Below, piece after piece: positions 47,249 through 56,484 of a DNA stretch of 64,000 nt. Origin of the DNA: Gemmatimonadales bacterium (GTDB lineage: Bacteria; Gemmatimonadota; Gemmatimonadetes; Gemmatimonadales; GWC2-71-9). Position 1 is the stretch's first letter. Each line of letters begins with the position of its first letter. The position numbers and the translations under genes are program-made. The stretch is from the NCBI GenBank assembly GCA_039794085.1, contig JBDIWC010000009.1:3095-67094 (forward strand). Reading direction: 5' to 3'. Under the pieces are notes generated by a model. That model saw nothing but the letters and a program-made list of their open reading frames with translations. It had not been told where the DNA came from and ran no database searches.

Positions 47249-49405
47249 ATGCAGCCCCTGCCCCCCCTGCCGTCCCGCATCGCCGGACTGGTCGACCTTG
47301 CCCGGAATCTTTCCTGGAGCTGGCACCGCGAAGCCCGCGCCCTCTTTCGGGAGATCGACCTCCCGCTCTGGCGACTGACCCGCCACAATCCGATCGAGAT
47401 GCTCCGCCGACTCGATCCGTCCCGACTGACGGCGCTGGCGGAGGACCCCGGTTTTTGTGCGCGGTACGACTGGGTCATGGGGTGGCAGCACCATGTCGAG
47501 ACCACAGGGGATCTCTGGTACGCCCACACCTGTCCAGATGGAAACGGTCGTGAGATCGCCTATTTCTGCGCCGAATTCGGGTTCCACAACTCGGTGCCCA
47601 TCTACTCGGGGGGGCTCGGAGTGCTGGCCGGTGACCATTGCAAGGCGGCGTCCGACCTTGGCGTTCCCCTGGTCGGACTGGGGCTCGCCTACCGGAAGGG
47701 ATACTTTGACCAGCACCTTCGCCAGGATGGGTGGCAGGAGGATGGAGACGACGAGGTGGACCCCGACCGCACCCCGCTCGAACGGCTTCGGGATGACACG
47801 GGAGCGGAACGCGTCGTCACGGTGGAGACCTTCGGTCGTCCCGTCCATGTGCATGCCTGGACCATGCAGGTCGGCCGCGTTCCGGTGTATCTCCTCGACA
47901 CCGACCGGGAGGACAACCACCCCGACGACCGGAAGCTCCTCAGCCGGCTCTACGCCGGCGGGCCCGACCTGCGACTCCGGCAGGAGTGGATCCTGGGGGT
48001 GGGAGGGGTCCGGATGCTGCGGGCCGCCGGCCACGACCCCGCGGCCTGGCACGCCAACGAGGGGCATGCCGCCTTCATGATGGTCGAGCGGGTCCGCGAG
48101 TTGGTCATGGCCGACGTTCCGCGGGACGAGGCCATCAGCAGGGTTCGTCGGAACTCTCTTTTCACGACTCATACCCCGGTCCCCGCGGGGCACGACGTCT
48201 TCGATCCCGGGCAGGCGGCCGCGTGCGCCGGGTCGGCGCTGGACGACCTCGGCCTGGATGCCGAGGGGTTTCACGCCCTGGCGCGCCACCCCACCCGCGA
48301 TACCGGCGGGTTCCACATGTCCGTCCTGGCGCTGCGACTGGCCGGCCGTGTCAATGGAGTCTCCCACCGCCACGGTGCCGTGTCCCGGTCCCTGTGGACC
48401 GACCTCTGGCCCGGACTCTCCGTCGAGGACGTCCCGATAGGGCACGTGACCAATGGCGTTCACCTGGCCACCTGGATGGCCAACGACATCATGGACCTCC
48501 TCGACCGGAATCTCGGCGAGAGCTGGCGGACCCGCCTCTCCCCCGATGAGTGCGGCGACCGGATCGCCACCCTCGACCCCGCCGACCTCTGGGCGGTCCA
48601 CGTGGCCCTGAAGAACCATCTCGCCGGCTTTGTCCGCGAGGAGGCCCGGCGCCGTTTCGCCGACCGCTGGCGGGATGCGGTGCAGGTGGTGGGTGCGGGA
48701 ACTCTCCTGGACCCCGCGGCGTTCACCATTGGATTCGCGCGGCGTTTCGCCACCTACAAGCGGGCCGATCTGCTGTTCCGGGACACGGAACGGCTTCAGC
48801 GATTGCTGGTGAATCCCTGGCGACCGGTGCAACTGATCATCAGCGGCAAGGCCCACCCTGAGGACACGGCCGGGAAGGAGGCCCTGCGGAACGTGTATCG
48901 GTTCACCCACGATCCGGCCTATGAGGGGCGAGTGGCCTTTCTCGAGGACTATGAGATGCATGTGGCCCACGTCCTGGTTCAGGGGGTCGATCTCTGGCTC
49001 AACCTCCCCCGGGTTCCGATGGAGGCCTGCGGAACCAGCGGAATGAAGGCGGCACTGAACGGGGTTCCCCACCTGAGCACCGCGGACGGGTGGTGGGCCG
49101 AGGGAGCCGATGGGACCAATGGGTGGACGCTGCCCCTCGTGGACACGGAGGACCCCGAGATCGGAGATGCCGCCGACCTCGCGAACCTGTATCGCCTGAT
49201 CGAGGAGGAGGTCGTCCCCCTGTACTATGACCGCGACCCGCGCGGCATCCCCCTCGCCTGGGTTGACCGGATGCGGAACTCCATCCGGGTGGCCGTGACC
49301 CACTTCACCGCCCAGCGCATGGTACGGGACTATGTGACCGACAGCTACCTCCCGGCCGTCACCGGGCAGGCTCCGCCCGGGCCACCCCCGGTGATGGCTT
49401 CATGA
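47249..49405 (+). CDS. glgP: Alpha-glucan (glycogen) phosphorylase, GT35
   Basis: YSGGLGVLAGDH, RLRQE, NEGH, FTTHTPVPAGHD, TNGVH, ARRFATYKRA, GKAHP, EACGTSGMKA. Confidence 0.95.
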   Translation: MQPLPPLPSRIAGLVDLARNLSWSWHREARALFREIDLPLWRLTRHNPIEMLRRLDPSRLTALAEDPGFCARYDWVMGWQHHVETTGDLWYAHTCPDGNGREIAYFCAEFGFHNSVPIYSGGLGVLAGDHCKAASDLGVPLVGLGLAYRKGYFDQHLRQDGWQEDGDDEVDPDRTPLERLRDDTGAERVVTVETFGRPVHVHAWTMQVGRVPVYLLDTDREDNHPDDRKLLSRLYAGGPDLRLRQEWILGVGGVRMLRAAGHDPAAWHANEGHAAFMMVERVRELVMADVPRDEAISRVRRNSLFTTHTPVPAGHDVFDPGQAAACAGSALDDLGLDAEGFHALARHPTRDTGGFHMSVLALRLAGRVNGVSHRHGAVSRSLWTDLWPGLSVEDVPIGHVTNGVHLATWMANDIMDLLDRNLGESWRTRLSPDECGDRIATLDPADLWAVHVALKNHLAGFVREEARRRFADRWRDAVQVVGAGTLLDPAAFTIGFARRFATYKRADLLFRDTERLQRLLVNPWRPVQLIISGKAHPEDTAGKEALRNVYRFTHDPAYEGRVAFLEDYEMHVAHVLVQGVDLWLNLPRVPMEACGTSGMKAALNGVPHLSTADGWWAEGADGTNGWTLPLVDTEDPEIGDAADLANLYRLIEEEVVPLYYDRDPRGIPLAWVDRMRNSIRVAVTHFTAQRMVRDYVTDSYLPAVTGQAPPGPPPVMAS

Positions 49406-50925
49406 CCTCCCCCTCCCTCGGTGGAATCGTGCCGCCCGGGCTGGATCCACCCCTCCGCACACCGGAGGGCCTCCCGGTCACCTTGGTCCACCTGGCCGGG
49501 GAATACGTGCCCTACGCCCGCACCGGAGGCCTCGCCGAGGCCGTCGCCGGCCTCGCCACCTTCCAGGCCCGCACCGGCCAGCCCGTGATGACGATCATGC
49601 CGCTGCACCGCGCCGCAGCGGCAGTGGCGCGGGATCTCGTGCCCCACGGAGATCCGATCCGGGTCGATGCCAAGCACACGGCCCAACTGTTCCGGGAGAC
49701 CAGGCCCCTGAACCCCGACGCCCCGGTCTGGTTCATCGCCCATGCCGGGTACTTTGACCGCCCGGGCCTCTACGGGGAGGGAGGAGGGGACTACCCCGAC
49801 AACCCCGAGCGATTCGCCTTCTTCGCCCAGGCCGCCCTGTTGGCCCTGCCCCGCATCACCCACGGCCCCCTGCTGGTTCATGCCCATGACTGGCATACGG
49901 CGCTCGCCTTCGTGTACCTGCGGAGCCGCTTCGCCACGGACCCCTTCTACCAAAGGATTCGAACCGTCCTCTCGGTCCACAACGCCGGGTATCAGGGTTA
50001 CTTCCCTCCGGATATCATGCCTCGTCTCGGCCTCCCCTGGTCCCTGTTCCGGATGGAATGCCTCGAGTGGTACGGCCAGGTCAACTTTCTCAAGGGCGGG
50101 CTCGCCTGTGCGGATGCCGCCGTGACCGTGAGCCCCAACCACGCTGTCGAGCTCCGGACCGAGAACGGGGGATTCGGCCTGCACGCCATGTTTCAGTGGA
50201 TGGGATCGCGGTTTTCGGGCATTCTGAACGGAATCGACCAGGCACTCTGGGATCCGGGGAACGATCCGCTGATTCCCTCCCGGTTCGACCGGGACAATCC
50301 GGGGGGGAAGCGAGCCTGCAAGCGCCATCTGCAACAACGCTTCAGGCTTGACGTCCAGGAACGCGTTCCCCTCTTTGGCATGGCCGCCCGGCTCGTCACC
50401 CAGAAGGGGTTCGATCTGATCCTGGGGCACCCCAGCATCCTCGACCTCCCGGTGCAATACATCTTCCTCGGTGCGGGCGAGGCTCGCTATGAATCTGCGC
50501 TCCGGGCGGTTGCGGCTACCGCTCCCCGGCGGATCTCCGTCGACACCAACTTTCAGGATCCTCTGGAGCATGAACTCATGGCGGGATCCGATGGGTGCCT
50601 CATGCCCTGCCAGTATGAGCCGTGCGGGCTCACTCAGATGCGGGCTCAGAGGTATGGCACCCTGCCGGTGGTTCGGCATGTCGGGGGCCTCGCGGACACG
50701 GTGGAGGACGAGGTGACGGGGTTCGTGTTCCGCCCCTACGGCCCGGACCCGCTGCTGGGCGCCGTGCTTCGGGTGATGGATCGTTTTGCCGCCCCCGCCG
50801 AATGGGGCCGCCTCTGCCGCAACGCGATGCACCGGGACTTCGGGTGGGAACGCTCGGTGCGGCGATACCGCGCGGTATACCAACGGGTCCTGGAGGGCGT
50901 GGATCGCGCGCCGGAGATCATATGA
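49402..50925 (+). CDS. glgA: Glycogen synthase, GT5
   Basis: RTGGLA, HAHDWH, HNAGYQG, VNFLKGG, GILNGID, RLVTQKG, EPCGLTQM, VGGLADTV. Confidence 0.92.
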   Translation: MTSPSLGGIVPPGLDPPLRTPEGLPVTLVHLAGEYVPYARTGGLAEAVAGLATFQARTGQPVMTIMPLHRAAAAVARDLVPHGDPIRVDAKHTAQLFRETRPLNPDAPVWFIAHAGYFDRPGLYGEGGGDYPDNPERFAFFAQAALLALPRITHGPLLVHAHDWHTALAFVYLRSRFATDPFYQRIRTVLSVHNAGYQGYFPPDIMPRLGLPWSLFRMECLEWYGQVNFLKGGLACADAAVTVSPNHAVELRTENGGFGLHAMFQWMGSRFSGILNGIDQALWDPGNDPLIPSRFDRDNPGGKRACKRHLQQRFRLDVQERVPLFGMAARLVTQKGFDLILGHPSILDLPVQYIFLGAGEARYESALRAVAATAPRRISVDTNFQDPLEHELMAGSDGCLMPCQYEPCGLTQMRAQRYGTLPVVRHVGGLADTVEDEVTGFVFRPYGPDPLLGAVLRVMDRFAAPAEWGRLCRNAMHRDFGWERSVRRYRAVYQRVLEGVDRAPEII

Positions 50926-52580
50926 GCCGCCCTCATGTTGTCCTCACCTTGCACAGCCACCTGCCGTGGGTATTGCACCACGGCCGGTGGCCCCACGGCA
51001 GCGACTGGCTGTGCGAGGCCGCCGTGGATACCTACCTTCCTCTGACCGAAGCGCTCCTGGGCCTTGCCGTCGAGTCGGTGGCGGCGCCGGTGACTCTCAG
51101 CGTGACGCCGATCCTCGCCAACCAGCTCACCCACCCCGACTTCGTCACCGAACTCGAGGCCTTCTTCGCCCAACGAATCGCCGCAGCGGCCGAACCATCC
51201 GAGGACACCGCCCTGGAACTCCTGCGGGATTTCTGGCGGCAACGCTACGTTCGACTCCGGCGGCTCTTTCACGAATTGGACAGCGACCTCATCGGTGCCT
51301 GGCGTCGACTGGCGGACGAGGGACGGATCGAGCTCATGAGTTCCGCCGCGACCCACGCCTTCCTTCCCCTCCTCGCCTGGGACGAAAGCATTCGTTTCCA
51401 ACTCGCCCTCGGGGCCCGGGAGCACCGGCGCCTCTTCGGCCGTGATCCCACCGGATGCTGGGTGCCCGAGTGCGCCTATCGCGCCCGGGGACCCTGGGCA
51501 CCACATCCCCTGGCTCCCGCGAGTGCCATGCGGGCCGGGATCGAGGAGCACCTCGCCGCCACCGGATTTCGCTACTTCTTCGTCGATGCCCACCAGATCG
51601 CCGCCGGACGATCCCTCTCCGCCTCGGAGGCCTGGGACCCGGAGGGACGCTCCGCCGGTGCCGGGGGGCACGACCCGGTTCGGTCCCCCTACCGAACCTG
51701 GCAGGCGGGCGCCACACGAGCGGCCCGGCGCGTGACCGCCTTCGTCCGCGATCCCCGCTCCTCCATGCAGGTCTGGAATCGGCACCTGGGATACCCCGGC
51801 GACGGCGCCTATCTGGAGTTTCACAAGATCCGGACGCCGGGCGGCCTCAAGCTCTGGCGGGTGACCAGCGCCGACACCGACCTCGGGGAGAAGCTTCCCT
51901 ATGACCGCAATGTGGGACGGGCCCGGGCCCACGTCCACGCCCGGCACTTTGCCCGGCTGCTGGAGGAGATCGCCGGAGAACACGAGGAGGGGCCGGTCGA
52001 TGTCATCACGATTCCCTTCGACACCGAGCTCTTCGGACACTGGTGGTTCGAGGGCCCCGACTTCCTCCGCGACCTCTACCGGGCTCTCGCCGAGCAATCG
52101 ATTCCCCTGCCTGCCACCGCCTCCACGCACCTGGCGGCCGTCCCCCCACGGCATCGTCTGCAGATCGCCGAAGGGAGCTGGGGTGAGGCGGGTGACTTCC
52201 GAATGTGGCTGAATCCCCGGACTCTCTGGACCTGGGAGCGGCTCTGGGAGATCGAACGGCGGTTCTGGACCGTGGCCCGACGTCACGTCGACGATTCCCG
52301 AGCCGAGCCCCTCCTCTCTCAGGCCGCCCGGGAGATGTTGCTGGCCCAGAGTTCGGACTGGCAGTTCATCATCAGTACCGGGGCCGCCGGCGATTACGCC
52401 GAGGAACGTTTTCTCGGCCACGCCGGCAGTGCGGAAACCCTGGTCGGATTCCTGGAGCAACCCCCCGAGACCTGGGATGCCGCGGCGGACGCGCTCGCCG
52501 CATCCCGAGGGAAGAACGACTGCTTCCCCGAGGTGATGACCGCCCTGCGGGTCGCCCTGGCCGGCCCGCCGACTCCCTAG
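50922..52580 (+). CDS. GH57 1,4-alpha-glucan branching enzyme (DUF1957 type)
   Basis: LHSHLP, THAFLP, GCWVPECAY, YPGD..YLEFH, PFDTELFGHWWFEG, AQSSDW; ATGA overlap with glgA. Confidence 0.9.
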   Translation: MSRPHVVLTLHSHLPWVLHHGRWPHGSDWLCEAAVDTYLPLTEALLGLAVESVAAPVTLSVTPILANQLTHPDFVTELEAFFAQRIAAAAEPSEDTALELLRDFWRQRYVRLRRLFHELDSDLIGAWRRLADEGRIELMSSAATHAFLPLLAWDESIRFQLALGAREHRRLFGRDPTGCWVPECAYRARGPWAPHPLAPASAMRAGIEEHLAATGFRYFFVDAHQIAAGRSLSASEAWDPEGRSAGAGGHDPVRSPYRTWQAGATRAARRVTAFVRDPRSSMQVWNRHLGYPGDGAYLEFHKIRTPGGLKLWRVTSADTDLGEKLPYDRNVGRARAHVHARHFARLLEEIAGEHEEGPVDVITIPFDTELFGHWWFEGPDFLRDLYRALAEQSIPLPATASTHLAAVPPRHRLQIAEGSWGEAGDFRMWLNPRTLWTWERLWEIERRFWTVARRHVDDSRAEPLLSQAAREMLLAQSSDWQFIISTGAAGDYAEERFLGHAGSAETLVGFLEQPPETWDAAADALAASRGKNDCFPEVMTALRVALAGPPTP

Positions 52581-52604
52581 CGGGCCGATCCCGACGATCC
52601 ATCC

Positions 52605-54566
52605 ATGCCCCGTCACTCCGTCATCGTTCACGCCCACCTGTACCAGCCGCCCCGGGAGGACCCCTGGCTCGACCTGGTCGAACAGGAGCACTCGGCACTC
52701 CCGTTCCACGATTGGAACACGCGCATCACACTGGACTGCTATCGCCCGCTGGCCGCCGCGCGCCTGCTCACCCCCACCGGCCGGATCCGGGACATCCGGA
52801 GCACCTACCGGCACATGAGTTTCAACGTCGGTCCGACACTGTTCGAGTGGTTGGACGCGCATGCCCCCGACGTGGTCGCCGCCCTGGTGGCCGCCGACGA
52901 GGAGAGCCGCCTTCGCCTGGGCGTGGGCAATGCCGTGGCCATGCCCTTTCATCACGTCATCCTTCCGCTGGCCTCCCCGGACGATCGCCGCACCGAGATC
53001 CGCTGGGGAATCGCCGATTTCCGCCGGCGATTCGGTCGCCACCCCGAGGGGATGTGGCTCCCGGAAACGGCCGCGGACGAAGACACCCTCGTGGCGCTCG
53101 CCGAGGAGGGGATTACCTTCACCATCCTGGCACCCCATCAGGTGGACAATCCCCCCGAGGACGGGCTCCCGCTTCGGTTCCGCGCCGGAGGCGGCCGGGA
53201 GATCGCCCTCATGGTGTACGACGGCCCCCTCGCCCACAACGTGGCCTTCGGCCCCCTCATCCGGAACGCGGAGGCGTGGGCCGAGCGGATGCTCCACCGC
53301 AGCCGAACCGGACACGGGCCCTCGGCCACCAGTCTCGCGGCCGACGGCGAAACGTGGGGGCACCACCATCCGTTCGGAGAGATGGCCCTTGCCCGGATGC
53401 TGGAACGGGTCGACCGCGATCCCGGCGTGCGGGTCGAGAACTTCGGATCGCTCCTGGCGCGCCACGCCCCGCGAACCGAGGCCCGCCTCATCGGACCCTC
53501 GTCGTGGAGTTGTGCGCACGGCGTCGGCCGGTGGCAGAGGAACTGTGGCTGCCGATTGGTCCAAGGAACCGACCAGTCATGGCGGACCCCCCTCCGCCAC
53601 GCTCTCGATCACCTGCGGCAGGTGTTGCTGACGCGCTCACGGGACGAGATGCGAGCCTGGGTTCCCAACCCGGATGCGGCCCGCGATGAGCTGGAAGGGC
53701 GCCCTCCGGCCGCCGCCCTGCCTTCCCGTCTGCGGGAACTGCTGGAGATGGAGCGCAACCTGCTTCGCATGTACACATCCTGCGGGTGGTTCTTTGACGA
53801 CGTGGCCGGGCTGGAAACCTTGATCTGTCTTCGCTATGCGGCGCGCGCGGTCGACCTGGGAGGGTGGCGGGACACCGAACCTCCCTTTCTGCAGATCCTC
53901 GACACGGCCCGCGGCAACGACCCGCTCGTCCCCTCGGCGGGGTCTGTGTGGCGTCACCGCATCCGCGGAAGCGTCCCTCCGGAACCCCGGATCGCCGGAG
54001 CCGCCGCCGTCACCGAGGCCGTGACCGGGGCCCTCCCGGACCGGATCGGTGCCTGGGCCGTGAGCCGTCAGCCCGACGGGATGCTCCAGGTCGAAGACAC
54101 CCGAACCGGGGCGCACCAGGCATGGCAGGTGGAAGTCTCGCCCTCCCCCGGGCCTGGCGTCACCTGCCTCATCGCCGGAGATGCATGGCACGGACGCCTG
54201 TCCTTCGCCGACTTCCCCGAAGTCACCCGTCACGACTTGCGCCGACGGTGGATCCCGGCGCTGCGTCGCCAGGTCCTCTCCCCCTCCGAATGGGACGCCT
54301 TCTGCACCGGCGAGTCCGACGGAGGCAGCACGGCGGCCCGCGCCCTGGTCCGCCTGGTGCAGACAGATCCCCTGGATCCTCACTCCCTGCAGCGTGCAGT
54401 GGACCTTCTCACGTTGGAGGACGTCGCGATCCCCTTCGAGGCCCAAACACTCTTCTTCCACCGGGTCCGGAACGCCTCGGCGGCAGTTCGCGCGTCGCTG
54501 GCTCGCTTTGCCGATGCCTTCACCCTTGACACCGCCCTCTTCGCGACGACGGCCCCCGATGACTGA
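52605..54566 (+). CDS. GH57 family protein (DUF3536 type)
   Basis: HAHLYQPPRE, SFNVGPTL, H.ILPLA, GMWLPETA, DGETWGHH, SWSCAHGVGRW, MYTSCGWFFD. Confidence 0.88.
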   Translation: MPRHSVIVHAHLYQPPREDPWLDLVEQEHSALPFHDWNTRITLDCYRPLAAARLLTPTGRIRDIRSTYRHMSFNVGPTLFEWLDAHAPDVVAALVAADEESRLRLGVGNAVAMPFHHVILPLASPDDRRTEIRWGIADFRRRFGRHPEGMWLPETAADEDTLVALAEEGITFTILAPHQVDNPPEDGLPLRFRAGGGREIALMVYDGPLAHNVAFGPLIRNAEAWAERMLHRSRTGHGPSATSLAADGETWGHHHPFGEMALARMLERVDRDPGVRVENFGSLLARHAPRTEARLIGPSSWSCAHGVGRWQRNCGCRLVQGTDQSWRTPLRHALDHLRQVLLTRSRDEMRAWVPNPDAARDELEGRPPAAALPSRLRELLEMERNLLRMYTSCGWFFDDVAGLETLICLRYAARAVDLGGWRDTEPPFLQILDTARGNDPLVPSAGSVWRHRIRGSVPPEPRIAGAAAVTEAVTGALPDRIGAWAVSRQPDGMLQVEDTRTGAHQAWQVEVSPSPGPGVTCLIAGDAWHGRLSFADFPEVTRHDLRRRWIPALRRQVLSPSEWDAFCTGESDGGSTAARALVRLVQTDPLDPHSLQRAVDLLTLEDVAIPFEAQTLFFHRVRNASAAVRASLARFADAFTLDTALFATTAPDD

Positions 54567-56481
54567 TCCCGTTCGCTTCGCCTTCGGCCTCCACCTCCAC
54601 CAGCCGGTGGGAAACTTCGACATCGTGTTCGAGGATCACCTCCGGAACGTGTATCGCCCCCTGCTCGACACGCTTCGCCGGGAAGAGTGCCTCCCGCTCA
54701 CACTCCACCTCTCGGGGCCTCTGCTGGCCTGGCTCGAGACCCGCCCCGACGGACGCCGTTTCCTCGATGACATCGGCTCCCTCGCGTCGGCGGGCCAGGT
54801 CGAAGTGCTGCTCTCCGGATACGATGAGCCGATTCTGGCGATGCTGCTCCGGGAGGACCGGATCGAACAGATCATGACGATGCGGGACGCCCTGCACCGA
54901 CGATTCGGCGTCGATGCCCGGGGGCTCTGGCTCACGGAGCGGGTCTGGGAACCCGACCTGCCGGCGGAACTGGGCCGGGCCGGCGTCACCCATGTCCTGA
55001 CCGATGATCGCCACTTCCTCGTGGCCGGTCACGAACGGGAGGATCTTCACCGGCCCTGGCGCACCGAGGCGGACGGCATCCCCATCACCGTGCTCCCGAT
55101 CGACGAGCGCCTCCGGTACATCATCCCCTTCCGTCCCCCGTCGGAATTCGCTGACACCATCAGGACCCTGGCCGCGGACGGACACCCCCTCGCGATTCTG
55201 GCGGATGATGGCGAAAAATTCGGCGGCTGGCCTGGAACCCGGGAGTGGGTGTACGATCGTGGCTGGTTTCCGGCCTTCGGGGCGACCGTCCGCGCGCTGG
55301 TGGCAGACGGTACCCTGCGCCTCGTGACCATGGCCCAGGCAGTGGCCGAGGTGGCGCCGGCGGGGCTGACCTATCTGCCGGCGACTTCCTATCGTGAGAT
55401 GGAGGGCTGGTCCCTTCCCACGGCGGCCGCCGGACGGCTGGCCGCCCTGGAGAGAGAACTGGGCCCCCAACGGATGGCGGGACCCGAGGGAGCCCTTGTC
55501 CGAGGCTCCCACTGGAAGTTCTTCCTGGCCAAGTATCCCGAATCCAACCGAATGCACAAGAAGATGCAGCGGCTCTCCCGGCTCTGCCGCGCCCGAGGGG
55601 ACGTCCCCGCCGTCCGGCGCGCCATCGGGAGGGCGCAGTGCAACGATGCCTACTGGCACGGGGTCTTCGGCGGACTCTACCTGCCCCATCTCCGCGACGG
55701 CATCTGGAGCAACCTCGCCCTGGCCGAGGAGGAACTGCGCCGGGAGACGCCTCTGGCACACGCGTGGGAGGATGTGGATGGAGACGGGATCGAGGAGCTG
55801 TCCGTCTCCGGGGAGCAGTGCGCCGTGGTGCTCAGCGGGGAACGCGGAGGGAGCATCGAGGAATGGACCATCTTCCGCCACCACCGCAACTACGCCGACG
55901 TCCTCACCCGCCGTCGCGAGGCATCGCACCTGCGAACGGAAGACATCCCGGGGGAACCCACCGATGGCATCCCCAGCATTCACCACCTGGAAACCACCGG
56001 TCCCTCCGGCGAGTTGCCGCCGGTGGACCACCTTCCCCGGGCCATCGGGGTGAACCGTCTCCTTCCGGACCATGTCACGGCGAATGACTTCGAGACCGGC
56101 AACATTCCGGTGCTCCGGACCTGGCATGGCGAGACACTGCTCGACAGGGCGACAGCGACGGGAGAGCACGGAGCCCTCGTGGCCCGGTTCTCCTGGCCGA
56201 CCCTGCGGAAGGAGGTGACCATCCGCCCCGACGGGGCGCTGACCGTGGCATGGACCTGGCCCCCCTGCGAGGGATGGTTCAGCACGGAAGTCTCCACCCG
56301 CCCGGCGGTGCGCATCGAGGCACCGGACGCGGAACACTGGGAGTATCCGGTGGAAACCGTGGCACGCTCGGAGCAGGGCGCGGAGCGAACGATCCAGGGA
56401 ACGGCGGTGGTGCTTCGATGGCCGGGCCACCGGGGGAAGGCCGAGATGCACCTGGCTCCCCCGGAGGACCCCGCCGACTGA
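54559..56481 (+). CDS. GH57 alpha-amylase / 4-alpha-glucanotransferase
   Basis: HLHQPVGNF, GLWLTERVWEP, LRY.IPF, DDGEKFGGWPGT, AQCNDAYWHGVFGGLYLPHLR; start ATG 54559. Confidence 0.9.
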   Translation: MTDPVRFAFGLHLHQPVGNFDIVFEDHLRNVYRPLLDTLRREECLPLTLHLSGPLLAWLETRPDGRRFLDDIGSLASAGQVEVLLSGYDEPILAMLLREDRIEQIMTMRDALHRRFGVDARGLWLTERVWEPDLPAELGRAGVTHVLTDDRHFLVAGHEREDLHRPWRTEADGIPITVLPIDERLRYIIPFRPPSEFADTIRTLAADGHPLAILADDGEKFGGWPGTREWVYDRGWFPAFGATVRALVADGTLRLVTMAQAVAEVAPAGLTYLPATSYREMEGWSLPTAAAGRLAALERELGPQRMAGPEGALVRGSHWKFFLAKYPESNRMHKKMQRLSRLCRARGDVPAVRRAIGRAQCNDAYWHGVFGGLYLPHLRDGIWSNLALAEEELRRETPLAHAWEDVDGDGIEELSVSGEQCAVVLSGERGGSIEEWTIFRHHRNYADVLTRRREASHLRTEDIPGEPTDGIPSIHHLETTGPSGELPPVDHLPRAIGVNRLLPDHVTANDFETGNIPVLRTWHGETLLDRATATGEHGALVARFSWPTLRKEVTIRPDGALTVAWTWPPCEGWFSTEVSTRPAVRIEAPDAEHWEYPVETVARSEQGAERTIQGTAVVLRWPGHRGKAEMHLAPPEDPAD

Positions 56482-56484
56482 CGA

